Below are positions 49,759 through 60,196 of a stretch of DNA of 64,000 bases, one piece after another. Position 1 is the first letter of the stretch. Each line of letters starts with the position of its first letter. A program made the translations under genes and the position numbers. Source of the stretch: Gemmatimonadales bacterium (GTDB taxonomy: Bacteria > Gemmatimonadota > Gemmatimonadetes > Gemmatimonadales > GWC2-71-9); NCBI GenBank assembly GCA_965249575.1, contig OZ252244.1:320001-384000 (forward strand), written 5' to 3'. The notes below the pieces were generated by a model. The model was not told the DNA's origin. It ran no database searches and saw only the letters and a list, made by a program, of their open reading frames with translations.

Positions 49759-50367
49759 CTAGCCCGCGGCCGACAGCGACCGCGTCTCGCCGAGATCGAT
49801 CCACAGATGGGAAACCCCACCTCGCCCGTTAGCGAAGATCGCCAGCTCGCGAATGCGGTACAGGTTAGACCACCGCATCATGCGTCCCTTCTCGGTCGCG
49901 GAAGGGTTGCACGGCTTCGATCCAAGTTTTGCCAACGCCTCACGCCCGAACGGAATGTCCCGGCCGTCCCGGAGAAGAATCCAGCACGCCCTGCCCCGTA
50001 CGAAGATGATCTCGACGGCCCCACCCAGAAAGGCGTGCTTGGGATGGCCGTGCACCTCTGCGACCGCCTCATTGAAATCTCCGAGCACGTCACGGACGGT
50101 CGCCAGCGACTTGTGCGCGATGGCGGGCACGTTCAGCAGGAGATTGCCCAAGCTGGGGGTGATCCGAGGCGCCCTCGAAGGACTGGACAGGCGCTCGGCT
50201 GGAGCCGCCAGCTCGGTTTCCTGGTTCAGCCACTTACCTATGGACTGTACGAACTTTCCGCTGGGCCGATCGAACACGAAACCTCCCGCCGAGACCACGC
50301 CAGTGTCGGCAAATCGAGCAAACCGTTGGCCAACTGCGCCGTTATGTACGACGGATCCCTCCGCCAC
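49759..50367 (-). CDS. Hypothetical protein (weak PAS-like segment)
   Basis: 202-aa ORF filling the gap; the segment FNEAVAEVHGHPKHAFLG loosely resembles a PAS motif. Confidence 0.3.
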   Translation of the reverse strand: MAEGSVVHNGAVGQRFARFADTGVVSAGGFVFDRPSGKFVQSIGKWLNQETELAAPAERLSSPSRAPRITPSLGNLLLNVPAIAHKSLATVRDVLGDFNEAVAEVHGHPKHAFLGGAVEIIFVRGRACWILLRDGRDIPFGREALAKLGSKPCNPSATEKGRMMRWSNLYRIRELAIFANGRGGVSHLWIDLGETRSLSAAG

Positions 50368-50557
50368 GACCGGTGGAAAAGCAGAATCCGTACCACACGT
50401 AAGATGTTCTGTAACAGACAGATATATATCTTTGCCAAGCGCACGCTCGGTAAAGGTGTGGCGCCCGAGCGGCGGTTGTGTGGCCCCTGGGCCTCGCCGG
50501 CCCAGTTAGAGATTCCCCTTCGATCTCCGGGGATGCAGGCCGCACATCACTTCACTG

Positions 50558-50590
50558 AAAAGGGGGGCGGGCCCTGCGGACCCACCCCTT
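50558..50590 (-). terminator. Rho-independent terminator
   Basis: Minus strand GGGGTGGGTCC-GCA-GGGCCCGCCCC-CC-TTTT, directly after the stop at 50614. Confidence 0.7.
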
Positions 50591-50613
50591 AGATGAACTA
50601 TCGGCGCCCCGAG

Positions 50614-52233
50614 CTATTCCGAGATTCGACCTGCGGCCGCCAACGTGGGCTGAGCCGGCGGAGCCGGCAGGCCGATCGACTCGAGGTCCAGCGGATAGTC
50701 GTCGAATGGATTGAGCGGAGGCACAACCGGTGCATCCGCGCCACCCGGCATCTGAGGCTGGGGATCGGGATGGGGCATCGTCTTCCACTCGTCGCTGAAT
50801 TCCCGGCGGGGATTGAACAAGTTGTTTCGACCGATAATGCCGAAAAGGTAGGCATTCGCGTCGCCCACCACCGGTAGACGCACGCCGTCGCAGCCCTGGA
50901 GAATCTCCAACCCCCACGGAACGGTGGTCCGATACAAGTTTCCGGAGAAGCAGTTGCCGAGGTTCCCGAGGCCGCTCATCCTGATATCTGACCGCCCGGA
51001 GGCGAGGATCACGTTGTCTCGAATGATGTTGCCGGTCGAGGGATAGTAGTTTCGGTCCCTCGTTGCCGACACGTGGATGCCTTCACGCCCGTGACCGCTA
51101 ATGTAGTTCCGCATCACCACGTTGTCGTTTCCACCGACGATGCGGATTCCACTGCCGCGATTGTCGTGGATCAGGTTGCCGATGATGGTCGTCTCCCGCT
51201 CCGGCGGGTTCGGCTCGACGTCGAACGTGTTGGGGGCAACGCCCCCGCCGTTGTGCCGAAAGATCGAGTTGATGATGTAGAGCTCACCGCCCGAATTGGT
51301 TCCTGAATACCCGCCCCCGATGTTGCCCTCGGCGATGACCTGATCGAGAATGGTCCGGCACGGGTAACAGCCGCCAACGTAGTACCCGGCATCTGGAGAT
51401 CCCGTGGCCATTGAGTGGTCGAGCACCCCATCGTAGGATTCGAAGGTGTAGATGCCATAGTCACCGTTGTTGATCACGGTGACATACGAGCCCCGGTACC
51501 CCGTGACCCCCGTCCAAAACAGCCCGTTCAGCGTGTAGTTGCGGGCCGTGAGGTTCTCGATCGCGACACCGTTGGCGAAGACCGTGATGCCGTTGCTCTG
51601 CTGATACTGCCCGTCCAGCACGACCGCGTTTCGATCCGTGCCGCGGATCGTGAGCGACGGCGTGGTGACCTGCACCTCTTCGTAGTAGACCCCGTCCGAG
51701 ATCAGCACGAGATCCCCGGGGTCGGCCGCGTCGACCGCTGTCTGAACGTCCGGGAAATCCTGGGGGACTCTCCGGGTGACCCCCGTCGCTTCCTCGACGG
51801 GCTCGATCTTGCCCGCGTCCGCCATTTCAGGGGTGTACTCGACGTCGCCGACGACTACCGTTCCGACCATCCCACTACTCCCGTCGGCCGTCCCGTGGAA
51901 CGAGCAGTAGTATTGATAGACGCCCGGTTCGTCGAACTTCACGTCCACCCACTCACCGACCCGCATCTCGACGCGTTTCGTGACGTCTTCGGTCGACCAG
52001 GAGCCGTCAATCGAGATCGCGTTGTGCACGATGCCGCCCCAGTTGCGGAAGTGCACGTGCCCGCCCGCCGGAACGTGGATCACCTCCGGCGAAAAGTTGT
52101 TGTCCGCCATGGTCACGAACGTACTGCCGGAGAGGTCCTCGCCCCCACATCCGGGGAAGACTAGCAAGAACGCCAAAGGCGCAGCGCACACCAGAGACTG
52201 GGTGCGCTTCGAGACCGGCCCGAGTTTTCTCAT
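50614..52233 (-). CDS. Lipoprotein: cupredoxin domain plus right-handed parallel beta-helix
   Basis: Lipobox-like FPGC; type-1 copper ligands HN...YYCSFH...GM; AVDAA.PGD and repeated beta-helix motifs. Confidence 0.85.
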   Translation of the reverse strand: MRKLGPVSKRTQSLVCAAPLAFLLVFPGCGGEDLSGSTFVTMADNNFSPEVIHVPAGGHVHFRNWGGIVHNAISIDGSWSTEDVTKRVEMRVGEWVDVKFDEPGVYQYYCSFHGTADGSSGMVGTVVVGDVEYTPEMADAGKIEPVEEATGVTRRVPQDFPDVQTAVDAADPGDLVLISDGVYYEEVQVTTPSLTIRGTDRNAVVLDGQYQQSNGITVFANGVAIENLTARNYTLNGLFWTGVTGYRGSYVTVINNGDYGIYTFESYDGVLDHSMATGSPDAGYYVGGCYPCRTILDQVIAEGNIGGGYSGTNSGGELYIINSIFRHNGGGVAPNTFDVEPNPPERETTIIGNLIHDNRGSGIRIVGGNDNVVMRNYISGHGREGIHVSATRDRNYYPSTGNIIRDNVILASGRSDIRMSGLGNLGNCFSGNLYRTTVPWGLEILQGCDGVRLPVVGDANAYLFGIIGRNNLFNPRREFSDEWKTMPHPDPQPQMPGGADAPVVPPLNPFDDYPLDLESIGLPAPPAQPTLAAAGRISE

Positions 52234-52536
52234 GGATGCCTCGCCGTGTGGGTGATCCCTAACCCACTTCTATTAGGGCCAAGGATCGGCGGTGTCAAGC
52301 GTTGGGCGCCTCGATGGGACCACCGCGGTATTCGTGACGCCGCGCACAATCGCCTGTACCCACGCAATGGCGCTGCACGACGGTCCCGTAAATCGCGGCG
52401 CACGTGCCGCGGCGAGTTGGGAACCGGGACGCGGACGTACCGGCGGCCCACTGCACGCGATCCCTAGTCCCTGTGAAATCAAGAGCTTACCGGGGGGCCC
52501 CGATACACTTTTTTCGGCTGGAGAAGCCGCGGCGAG

Positions 52537-52551
52537 CGGCACGGAACGTGC
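52537..52551 (+). promoter_or_regulatory. Sigma54 (-24/-12) promoter candidate
   Basis: CGGCACGGAACGTGC has GG-N10-GC spacing and matches TGGCACG-N4-TTGC closely; about 75 bp upstream of ATG 52625. Confidence 0.5.
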
Positions 52552-52624
52552 CTCTTTCCTTTTGGGCTGTGGTCGTGACTCGGTGAGTGACACGGCTGTA
52601 GAAAACGTAGCAAGGACAGCTACA

Positions 52625-53383
52625 ATGAACGCGCTGGTAATGCTTCTTCCCGCCCTTTCGCTCGCTGCCTCTGCGGGCGTCGCCCAACAGGAAGCTCCCT
52701 CCACCTCACCCGTCGCTCGAATCGTCATCGCTCCCCATGTGAGCGCCGAGCTGCGCGCGTTGGCCGATACGATGGAGCTCGAGACGGTCAGATGTCTGAT
52801 CGGGGTGGTAGCCGGTGACAGCGCGGTTATCGACCTCGCGTGGCAGCCTCAAATCCAGGAGCACAGCGCGAATACCGTCCGGTATCGATCGTGTCCGCTG
52901 GCCACGATTGCCCACTGGCACAACCACCCGTGGTTCGGCGAGGGCCACCCCGAGGACGCGTGCTATCTCTCTCGAACCGACATCGAGGATGCTCTCGAAC
53001 CACACGCGCCCCCGCTCCAGTTCGTTCAGGTGAACGCGGGCGTCATGTGCTGGTGGACCAGGCTCGCGATCGCCCAAGCCGAAGATGAGCACGTACTGCT
53101 ACCGACATCCGGCCAGCATCGCCCGCGGTACCGCGCGACGAGGGCGGTGATCCGCCCGGCACCACTCTGTGACGAAACGGACGAACCCTACTGGTTCGGC
53201 AACTGGCCCCGCGGGGAGCTGAGCCGGTCCGAGCGACGGGCGCCGCGCTCCCGGTACCGGAACTCCGACACCCGTGGGTGGGACCGGGGTACGGCGTGGC
53301 TCGAGTCGACACGCCGGCGACACCGCTCCCACGGCGGAGACCCGTCGTGTCGACGCTGGGAGAACCGATCCCGGACCCGGTGA
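52625..53383 (+). CDS. Secreted protein with JAB/MPN-like metalloprotease motif
   Basis: Signal peptide, ETVRCLIG, WHNHP...CYLSRTD. Confidence 0.6.
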   Translation: MNALVMLLPALSLAASAGVAQQEAPSTSPVARIVIAPHVSAELRALADTMELETVRCLIGVVAGDSAVIDLAWQPQIQEHSANTVRYRSCPLATIAHWHNHPWFGEGHPEDACYLSRTDIEDALEPHAPPLQFVQVNAGVMCWWTRLAIAQAEDEHVLLPTSGQHRPRYRATRAVIRPAPLCDETDEPYWFGNWPRGELSRSERRAPRSRYRNSDTRGWDRGTAWLESTRRRHRSHGGDPSCRRWENRSRTR

Positions 53384-53645
53384 AGGCGGCCCGGTCTTCT
53401 TTCCCCGACAGAATGGCCACCCATGCCGACCGTAGGTAGTGGTATCTAGGCGGCCCGGCGCGCCTGACGCTTCTCGGTTCCCAGCAGCGTCAGCCCCACG
53501 AGAGCCGCGGCAATGAGGACTAACGTCAGGATCGGGATGCCAAACACCGAATCGGCTAGATGGCCGCGGAGACCCTACGCGAGTGTGGACGCTGACACTG
53601 TACCTCGCCCGCCGGAGCCGCCGGGCGATTTGGCTGGGAACCGAT

Positions 53646-54110
53646 TCAATCAGGGATCCGCGCCACCAGGGTGGCAACGTACTCGCCTGCCGGAATCCGC
53701 GTGGTCGTTTCCGGATACGGGGCTAGCTCGTCGAGGTGCAGCACCACCCGCCCGAGGTCAGCTAACTTCGGATCCAACCTCGTGTGCAAGCTCTCGAGCC
53801 GCGAGGATCCTTCAACAAAAGCCACCTCCAGCTGGATCTCGGCGTCCCCCTCCCACACACACAGGATCAGCGCGTGGCTGGGACACCGGGAGTCCCCGGT
53901 AACCTCGAGGAAGCGCACGTAGGCATTGGCTTCCGCCACGAACGCCCGATCGCCGACGCGGAGGTCGAACGGTTGATCGATGCCCGGCGACGCCGCCAGG
54001 CTGGGATCGGGATCGCCGCTCGGGCCGGAGACCGGAGAACAAGCCGTTGCGGCTAGGACAGATAACACCCATCTGACATGCAAATTGAGTCGACCTCGAG
54101 GGTTGTCCAT
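53646..54110 (-). CDS. Hypothetical lipoprotein
   Basis: GGAGG RBS, lipobox LAATAC, DSRCP....CVWEG motif. Confidence 0.8.
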   Translation of the reverse strand: MDNPRGRLNLHVRWVLSVLAATACSPVSGPSGDPDPSLAASPGIDQPFDLRVGDRAFVAEANAYVRFLEVTGDSRCPSHALILCVWEGDAEIQLEVAFVEGSSRLESLHTRLDPKLADLGRVVLHLDELAPYPETTTRIPAGEYVATLVARIPD

Positions 54111-54177
54111 ATCGATACCTCCCAACCCGGTCGCCCGTCACCGCCCGCTGGTCGCGCGCCGTCAATCTGTTGAAGTG

Positions 54178-54723
54178 CTAGGCCTTGGTTCGCCTCGATC
54201 GCGAGGGCGAGCGTGCCGGCTTCTTGGCGGATTTCTTGGCAGCCCCATCGTCTTCCACCCTCTCGTGCATCGTCACCAGGCTCGTGATGCGCAGCCTGCG
54301 AGGCCCCACAGGCAGCTGAACTTTGATTTCGTCTTTCGTCTTCTTGTCGAGCAGCGCCCGCCCGAGCGGCGACGCTACGGAAATCTGGCCGTTATCGACC
54401 TCCACGGCATCGGGGATGACCACTTCGAAGATCTCTTCGGCCTTGGTGTCGAGATCGACTACCGTGACGCGCGAGCCGAGTCCCACCCGGTCCTTCGGCA
54501 CCTTCGAGAGGTCGATCTCGGACAGCTGGAACAGTCGCGAGCGCAGGTGCTCCAAGCGGGCCCCGATGAATCCCTGCCGTTCGATGGCGGCCTGGTAGTC
54601 CGCGTTCTCCCGGAGGTCGCCGTGCGCGATCGCCTTCTCCAGGGTGTCCGGCAGGACGACGTGCAACTCGTGGTTGAGCGCCTCTACCTCGGCCATGAGC
54701 TTGCGGCGAATCTCTTCAATCAT
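54178..54723 (-). CDS. greA: GreA/GreB family transcription elongation factor
   Basis: Motifs AHGDLRENADY, VGLGS.V, ISVASPLGRALL; basic C-terminal tail. Confidence 0.92.
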   Translation of the reverse strand: MIEEIRRKLMAEVEALNHELHVVLPDTLEKAIAHGDLRENADYQAAIERQGFIGARLEHLRSRLFQLSEIDLSKVPKDRVGLGSRVTVVDLDTKAEEIFEVVIPDAVEVDNGQISVASPLGRALLDKKTKDEIKVQLPVGPRRLRITSLVTMHERVEDDGAAKKSAKKPARSPSRSRRTKA

Positions 54724-54809
54724 GTGGGGATAGTAGCGGCGATGAGCGCTCCCCACCACCCGTGAGCCCGGTGCGGGCTCGTACGCCTTTGGTGAGGCCA
54801 AGTCGGCGG

Positions 54810-55667
54810 TCATCCCGTCAACACCGTTATCACCCAGGCGCCGCGCGACACCCCGTTGCGGATCGCCGCGGCTACGGCGATTCCTGCCGCACCTCCGGCC
54901 GCGGGCACCGGTGAAAATGCATAGCGAAAGATGCTCTGCAGAACGTCCGGAATTTGGGCGTAGTTGACGACGACCAGCACCAACCCGGCGAAGATGTACA
55001 ATGCCGACATCACGGGCACCATGCGCTCAGAGAAGCGCCCGATACGTCTCACACCACCCAGCGCCACGGCGGCCGTGACGAGCGCCATGGCCGAGGTGAC
55101 GAGGTACGGGCTCGTGCCATAGCTCGAAAGAAACGCCCGGCCCACGGTATGTGACTGGAGCAGCGACGACCCGAGAAGGCTGTTGATCAGCATCCCCGCG
55201 CTAAAGAGGTACGCGAGGAAGGTCCAGCCGAGGCCCTTCTCGATATAGTGCATCGGCCCGCCGTGAATGCGGCCTCCCGGCTCCACTTCCCGATAGTGCA
55301 CGGCGATCGTGATCTCGGCGGTCTTGGTCATCATCCCGAGGAAGGCCAGGACCCACATCCAGAAGATCGCCCCTGGCCCTCCAAACGAGAGCGCGGTCGC
55401 CACGCCAGCCATGTTGCCCATTCCCACAGTCCCGGCCAACGCCGTGGAGGTAGCCTGGAAGGGGGTCATCGATTGAGCGCCCCCGCCCTTCGGTTTCTCG
55501 AACATGCGACCGAGCGTCTGCCTGACGATGTATGGGAAGCGCACGACCTGGAACAACCGACCGCGGACCGTGAAGTAGACGGCAACCGAGGCGATGAAGA
55601 TCACCGTCCACGGGCCCCACAGCACGTCCTTGAACCCCGTGAGGGCGTCGAGGATACTGTCGATCAC
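54810..55667 (-). pseudogene. Alanine/glycine:cation symporter (AgcS), C-terminally truncated
   Basis: Motifs LAGTVGMGN.AGVA, GGPGAIFWMW, GGPM.Y. Homology stops at GVSRG, before the expected FSNEAG motif; only 285 aa. Confidence 0.8.
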
Positions 55668-55740
55668 GGCGGGCAGCTCAGGAGAGCGAACCGTCGATGT
55701 GGTGGGAATGGAAGCGGGGCCATCCGACCGCGAACGTCAG

Positions 55741-56754
55741 TCAACGCTCCGCGTCGAGCAGCGCGACCAGTTCGTCATTACCCTCGGTGTCGAGGAACGT
55801 GTCCCACTCCAGGAAGTACCCGCCGGGATCGTATCCCACGAACGTTCGCACTCGTCCGCTCTGGTCGCCCAGTTCCTGCGTCCGGAACTCGAAGTCGGGC
55901 CGCCCGGTCATGCGCTCGAACCACGCCTCGATGTCGTCCGTGAGGAAGGAAACCGTCACTCCCTTCTCCTGCGTAGCCTGGTGGAATCCGCGCGCCCCGT
56001 CCACTAATCCGACGAAACCGGTCCGGGACGTCGGATACACCTTGGCCCAGCCCTGGTCAACGAGCAGTGGCACCCCCAGCGCCTGCTCGTAAAACCGTTC
56101 GATCGGCTCCAGGGCGTCGTAGTAGAGCCAGAGTACGGTCGCCGAAATGGTCAGCCGCCCTTCGCCAACGGTGGGTGTCAGCGGCTCGACCTCCCGCAGC
56201 ATGGGGATCAGACGCTCGTTCTCCGGGTGTGGGTTGAAACGCTCGAACTCGAGGAAGTATCCCTCCGGGTCATAGGCAACGAGCCCGTTGTGGGGGCTGC
56301 CTCGCTCGACGTCGAGCTCGCCGTGCAACGGCACGCCCGCTGCGGACAGGTACTCGTACCAGCCTTCCACCTGCTCCGTCACGATCGCAAGAGTCACCGA
56401 CTTCGGCTCGTCCGAGGAGTGCATTCCGGAGTCGGCGTCGACGAGGGTCAGATAAGATGACGGGGCGACCTGCAAGATCTTGGCGAATCCGAAATCCGAG
56501 ACCGTGCGCAAGCCAAGGGTCGTTCCGTAGAAGGCCTCCGCCGCCGGCACGTCTTCGTAGTAGTAAAACGCGTTGTTGGCCAGGATGGTCGGGCCGCCCT
56601 CGCGGCTCATGGCACCCTCGTCCTCATCCACGTTCGCGCCGCTGCACCCGGACACCAGCACCAGAGCTGCTAGTGGAATGGAAAGCGCATTCGACCGCTG
56701 CGTTTCGAATGAACGTGGATGCTCGACCTTAGTTCGAACATTGGTCATCATCAT
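55741..56754 (-). CDS. VOC/glyoxalase family lipoprotein with two tandem VOC domains
   Basis: Lipobox LVSGC; repeated FY...LG and YDP.GYFLE motifs. Confidence 0.85.
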   Translation of the reverse strand: MMMTNVRTKVEHPRSFETQRSNALSIPLAALVLVSGCSGANVDEDEGAMSREGGPTILANNAFYYYEDVPAAEAFYGTTLGLRTVSDFGFAKILQVAPSSYLTLVDADSGMHSSDEPKSVTLAIVTEQVEGWYEYLSAAGVPLHGELDVERGSPHNGLVAYDPEGYFLEFERFNPHPENERLIPMLREVEPLTPTVGEGRLTISATVLWLYYDALEPIERFYEQALGVPLLVDQGWAKVYPTSRTGFVGLVDGARGFHQATQEKGVTVSFLTDDIEAWFERMTGRPDFEFRTQELGDQSGRVRTFVGYDPGGYFLEWDTFLDTEGNDELVALLDAER

Positions 56755-56907
56755 GCCTCCACGCGCCGTTTGGGATTGTTGGCGATAGCGACCTAGACAT
56801 ACCGATCAAGCGAAGGTGAGCTTCGCTCTCCGTTCGTGCAAGGCTCGCTCGGTTACGATGCCCGCCTTCGGCGGATAACATGTCTGGATACTCCGGGAGA
56901 GGCTCCG

Positions 56908-58089
56908 ATGAATCTCGAGAAACACTACCCGTGCGTCGCGGACCTGGAGGCGAGGGCACGGCGCCGCATCCCCCGGTTCATGCGCGATTACCTGACGAAC
57001 GGACTCGGGGCGGGCGTTTCCCTGCGCAGAAACCGGGATGCTCTGGACCGCATCGTGCTGATGCCGCGCTACCTGTCGGACGCCGGCAACCCCGACATGA
57101 GCTGCCGGCTGCTGGGCCGGGAGCACGACGCGCCATTCGGCGTGGCACCCCTCGGCCTGTCGGGCCTCGTCTGGCCGAAATCAGAGGTCATTCTGGCCGC
57201 GGCGGCACGGGCGCACAACGTACCGTACGTGCTGAGTAGCCACGCCAACGCCACTCCCGAACGCATCCGGGCGGCCGGCGGCGACAACGGTTGGTTTCAG
57301 CTCTATGCACCGAAGGATCCAGCGATCGTGAAATCGATGCTCGACCGATGCCAGGCTGCGGGATACGAAACCCTGGTCGTGACCGTGGACGTACCAGTCG
57401 AGCCACGCCGAGAGCACGACCTACGGAACGGGCTCTCCGTACCCCCCAGATTCGATCTGAAAACGGTGTGGCAGATGGTCACGCACCCACCGTGGGCCCT
57501 CCGCATGCTCCTCGCAGGCGTGCCGCAGTTCGTCACGCTCGAGCCCTACGCGCGGTCCGGCAAGTCCTTCGGCGTCTTGCGATCAATCAAGGACTCGGTC
57601 GAGTTCAATGCTCAACACTTGGGCGGGCCCATTACCGCAGAGCGTTTCGAGAAGATCCGCGCGGCCTGGAGTGGCCAGGTCGTGGTCAAAGGGATCCTGG
57701 ACCCGGAGGACGCCCAGGGATACCTGGCCTTGGGGGCCGATGGGCTCATCGTCTCCAATCACGGCGGCCGGCAACTCGATGCGGCTCCGTCGGCGGTCAC
57801 CGCCCTGCCCCGCATCCGAAAGGCGGTCGGGCCGGACGTCACGCTCATTGCGGATGGAGGCGTGCGTTCGGGCCTCGATATCGCCCGAATGCTTTCGATC
57901 GGCGCCGACTTCGTTCTGCTCGGGCGGGCTTTCCTTTATGCCGTAGCCGCGCTCGACCGCCGCGGGGCCGATCACGTGATGAACGTTCTCAAGACCGAGC
58001 TGCACACGGCCATGGGACAGCTCGGGTGCCGAACGGTGAAAGAACTGCCCGGGGTTCTGTTCTCGACGAGCAACGGTCGCGCCGATTGA
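56908..58089 (+). CDS. FMN-dependent alpha-hydroxy-acid oxidase/dehydrogenase (LldD-like)
   Basis: Motifs WFQLY, TVD, VKG, SNHGGRQLD, DGGVRSGLD, GRAF. Confidence 0.93.
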   Translation: MNLEKHYPCVADLEARARRRIPRFMRDYLTNGLGAGVSLRRNRDALDRIVLMPRYLSDAGNPDMSCRLLGREHDAPFGVAPLGLSGLVWPKSEVILAAAARAHNVPYVLSSHANATPERIRAAGGDNGWFQLYAPKDPAIVKSMLDRCQAAGYETLVVTVDVPVEPRREHDLRNGLSVPPRFDLKTVWQMVTHPPWALRMLLAGVPQFVTLEPYARSGKSFGVLRSIKDSVEFNAQHLGGPITAERFEKIRAAWSGQVVVKGILDPEDAQGYLALGADGLIVSNHGGRQLDAAPSAVTALPRIRKAVGPDVTLIADGGVRSGLDIARMLSIGADFVLLGRAFLYAVAALDRRGADHVMNVLKTELHTAMGQLGCRTVKELPGVLFSTSNGRAD

Positions 58090-58144
58090 GACCCGATCGG
58101 TCGCGCCCCCTCCGACGGAGCCTTCCCGAGCGAATCCCTTGCTC

Positions 58145-60070
58145 CTACCGAGCGCCTTCCGAGAGAGCATACGCAACCAGCGTCGCGTCCTCCCCGAGCC
58201 CAGTCGAAATGACCACGAACTGCTTGCCGTTCGCCGCCAGGTAGGTCATCGGTGTTCCGGTCGTCGGGCGCGGTAATGGACCCCGCCACACCTCGGCTCC
58301 CGTCGACTTGTCGAAGGCGTGAAGCGCATTGTCTCCGCCGCCGACGAATACCAGCCCCCCCTTCGTCACGATGGAGCCGGGAGGTCCCGGCGCCCCGAGC
58401 TGCTCCGGGAGATCGACGCCTCGAAGCGCGGGGTGGCGGCGCAGCTCCGGCCAATCGCCGAGGACCACTCGCCAGGCCATCTCGCCCCGATTCAAGTCCA
58501 GTGCGGTCAGGTGACCGTATGGCGGCTTGATCAAGGGAAGGCCGTCGTTGAAGGACGGAACCGTTCGTGACGATACCCAATCGGCATCTGTCGGGTGTTG
58601 TATCGGGAGCCGGCTCTGTGACGGCACTTCGCCGGCGGGACCCGGCCGCTGCAGCTTGGCAATATGCAACAGATCGGACGACTTCACGTAAAGGAAACCG
58701 GTCTCCGGATCGAACGCGGCTCCCCCCCAATTCGCGCCGCCGTACGATCCCGGGAGTTGCAGCGTGCCGGACTGCGAGGGAGGCGTGTAGATCGGTCCGA
58801 TGATGTATTTCTCGAGCTCTGCGCGAGCCGCCCGTTCGAGCTCCGCCGTGAAATCGAGCGCGTCCTCCAGCGACACGCCCTGCCGAGCAAACGCGGGAGG
58901 CCGCGACGGAAACGGTTGTGTCGGCCACGCCTGTTCCCCAGGGACGTCGCTCGCCGCCACCGGCCGCTCCTCGATGGGCCATACTGGCTCTCCGGTCACC
59001 CGGTCGAACACGAATGCCCACCCCATCTTGGTCACCTGGACGGCCACGTCGATCGTCTTCCCGTTGACGTGGATCGTGGCCAAGACGGGCGCGGCCGGCA
59101 TGTCGTAATCCCAGAGTCCGTGATGAACGAGCTGGCGGTGCCATTTCCGTTCCCCCGTCGCTGCGTCGAGGCAGACGATCGATTCAGCGAACAGGTTGGC
59201 GCCCGGCCGCCCTCCCCCATACCAGTCGTTACTGGGTGTGCTCACCGGCAGATAGAGCAGCCCCCGCTCTTCGTCGAGACTCATCGGTGCCCACACGTTC
59301 GCGTGCCCGGTAAACTCCGCCGAGCCGTCGCCCCACGTTTCGGACCCCGGCTCCGCTGGGCGAGGAACGGTGTGAAACGACCAGACGAGCTTCCCGGTAT
59401 GTGCGTCGAACGCGCGCACGTCTCCCGGCGGATCGCCCTTGAACATGAGCCAGTCGGGAATGTGACTTCCCACCATGACGAGATTCTTGTAGACGACGGG
59501 GGGAGAGCGAGTCTCAAAGTGGAGCGTGTCGACCCGCCGGTCGAAGCCCTCGGTGAGATCGACGACGCCGTTGTCGCCGAAGCTCTTCACGAGTTGCCCG
59601 GTCTTCGCATCGAGCGAGAGGAGCTTGTACCGGGCGTTCATGAAGATCCGCCGGTCCTGTCCGTCACTCCACGCCGCAACCCCGCGGTGCACGAAGCCCA
59701 GCCCGGTGAACCCCTGTCCGATCTCGTGCGTCTTCGGATCATATTTCCAGATTTCCCTGCCGGTCTCGGCGTCTAGCGCGATCACCCGGCTATAGGCCGT
59801 GCTGAGATACAGGACGTTGTCGATCATGAGTGGGGTGGCCTCGAACTTTCCGGGCCGTATCCCGAACTCTTCGCTCGCGCGCTCACCGGTCTTCCATTCC
59901 CATGCAATTGAGAGCCGTGCGACATTGCCCCGATCGATCTGCTCAAGCGACGAATACTTGGTAGACGCCGCGTCGGCCGCGTAATAGGGCCACTCCTGAG
60001 CGGAGGCGGGGAGGCCGTAGGTCGAGGTGAAGAACCCAACAAACAAAAGGCAGGAGACGATCTTCATCAT
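58145..60070 (-). CDS. PQQ-dependent dehydrogenase, glucose/quinate/shikimate family (soluble, with signal peptide)
   Basis: Motifs YSSLEQI, EATPL, HRGVA, HHGLWDYD, GGANWGG, PLIKPPYG, TPMTY. Confidence 0.9.
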   Translation of the reverse strand: MMKIVSCLLFVGFFTSTYGLPASAQEWPYYAADAASTKYSSLEQIDRGNVARLSIAWEWKTGERASEEFGIRPGKFEATPLMIDNVLYLSTAYSRVIALDAETGREIWKYDPKTHEIGQGFTGLGFVHRGVAAWSDGQDRRIFMNARYKLLSLDAKTGQLVKSFGDNGVVDLTEGFDRRVDTLHFETRSPPVVYKNLVMVGSHIPDWLMFKGDPPGDVRAFDAHTGKLVWSFHTVPRPAEPGSETWGDGSAEFTGHANVWAPMSLDEERGLLYLPVSTPSNDWYGGGRPGANLFAESIVCLDAATGERKWHRQLVHHGLWDYDMPAAPVLATIHVNGKTIDVAVQVTKMGWAFVFDRVTGEPVWPIEERPVAASDVPGEQAWPTQPFPSRPPAFARQGVSLEDALDFTAELERAARAELEKYIIGPIYTPPSQSGTLQLPGSYGGANWGGAAFDPETGFLYVKSSDLLHIAKLQRPGPAGEVPSQSRLPIQHPTDADWVSSRTVPSFNDGLPLIKPPYGHLTALDLNRGEMAWRVVLGDWPELRRHPALRGVDLPEQLGAPGPPGSIVTKGGLVFVGGGDNALHAFDKSTGAEVWRGPLPRPTTGTPMTYLAANGKQFVVISTGLGEDATLVAYALSEGAR

Positions 60071-60196
60071 GGTCCTCGCGAGGGTGTGCGCATCACGGTC
60101 CGTCGGATAACGGCGGGGTGGGAACAGAGTAAGCCTCGAGTCGGCGCCGGGCAATCGGCGGTGCCTTGCCACCACCGTCGCCGAACGACCGCCCTT

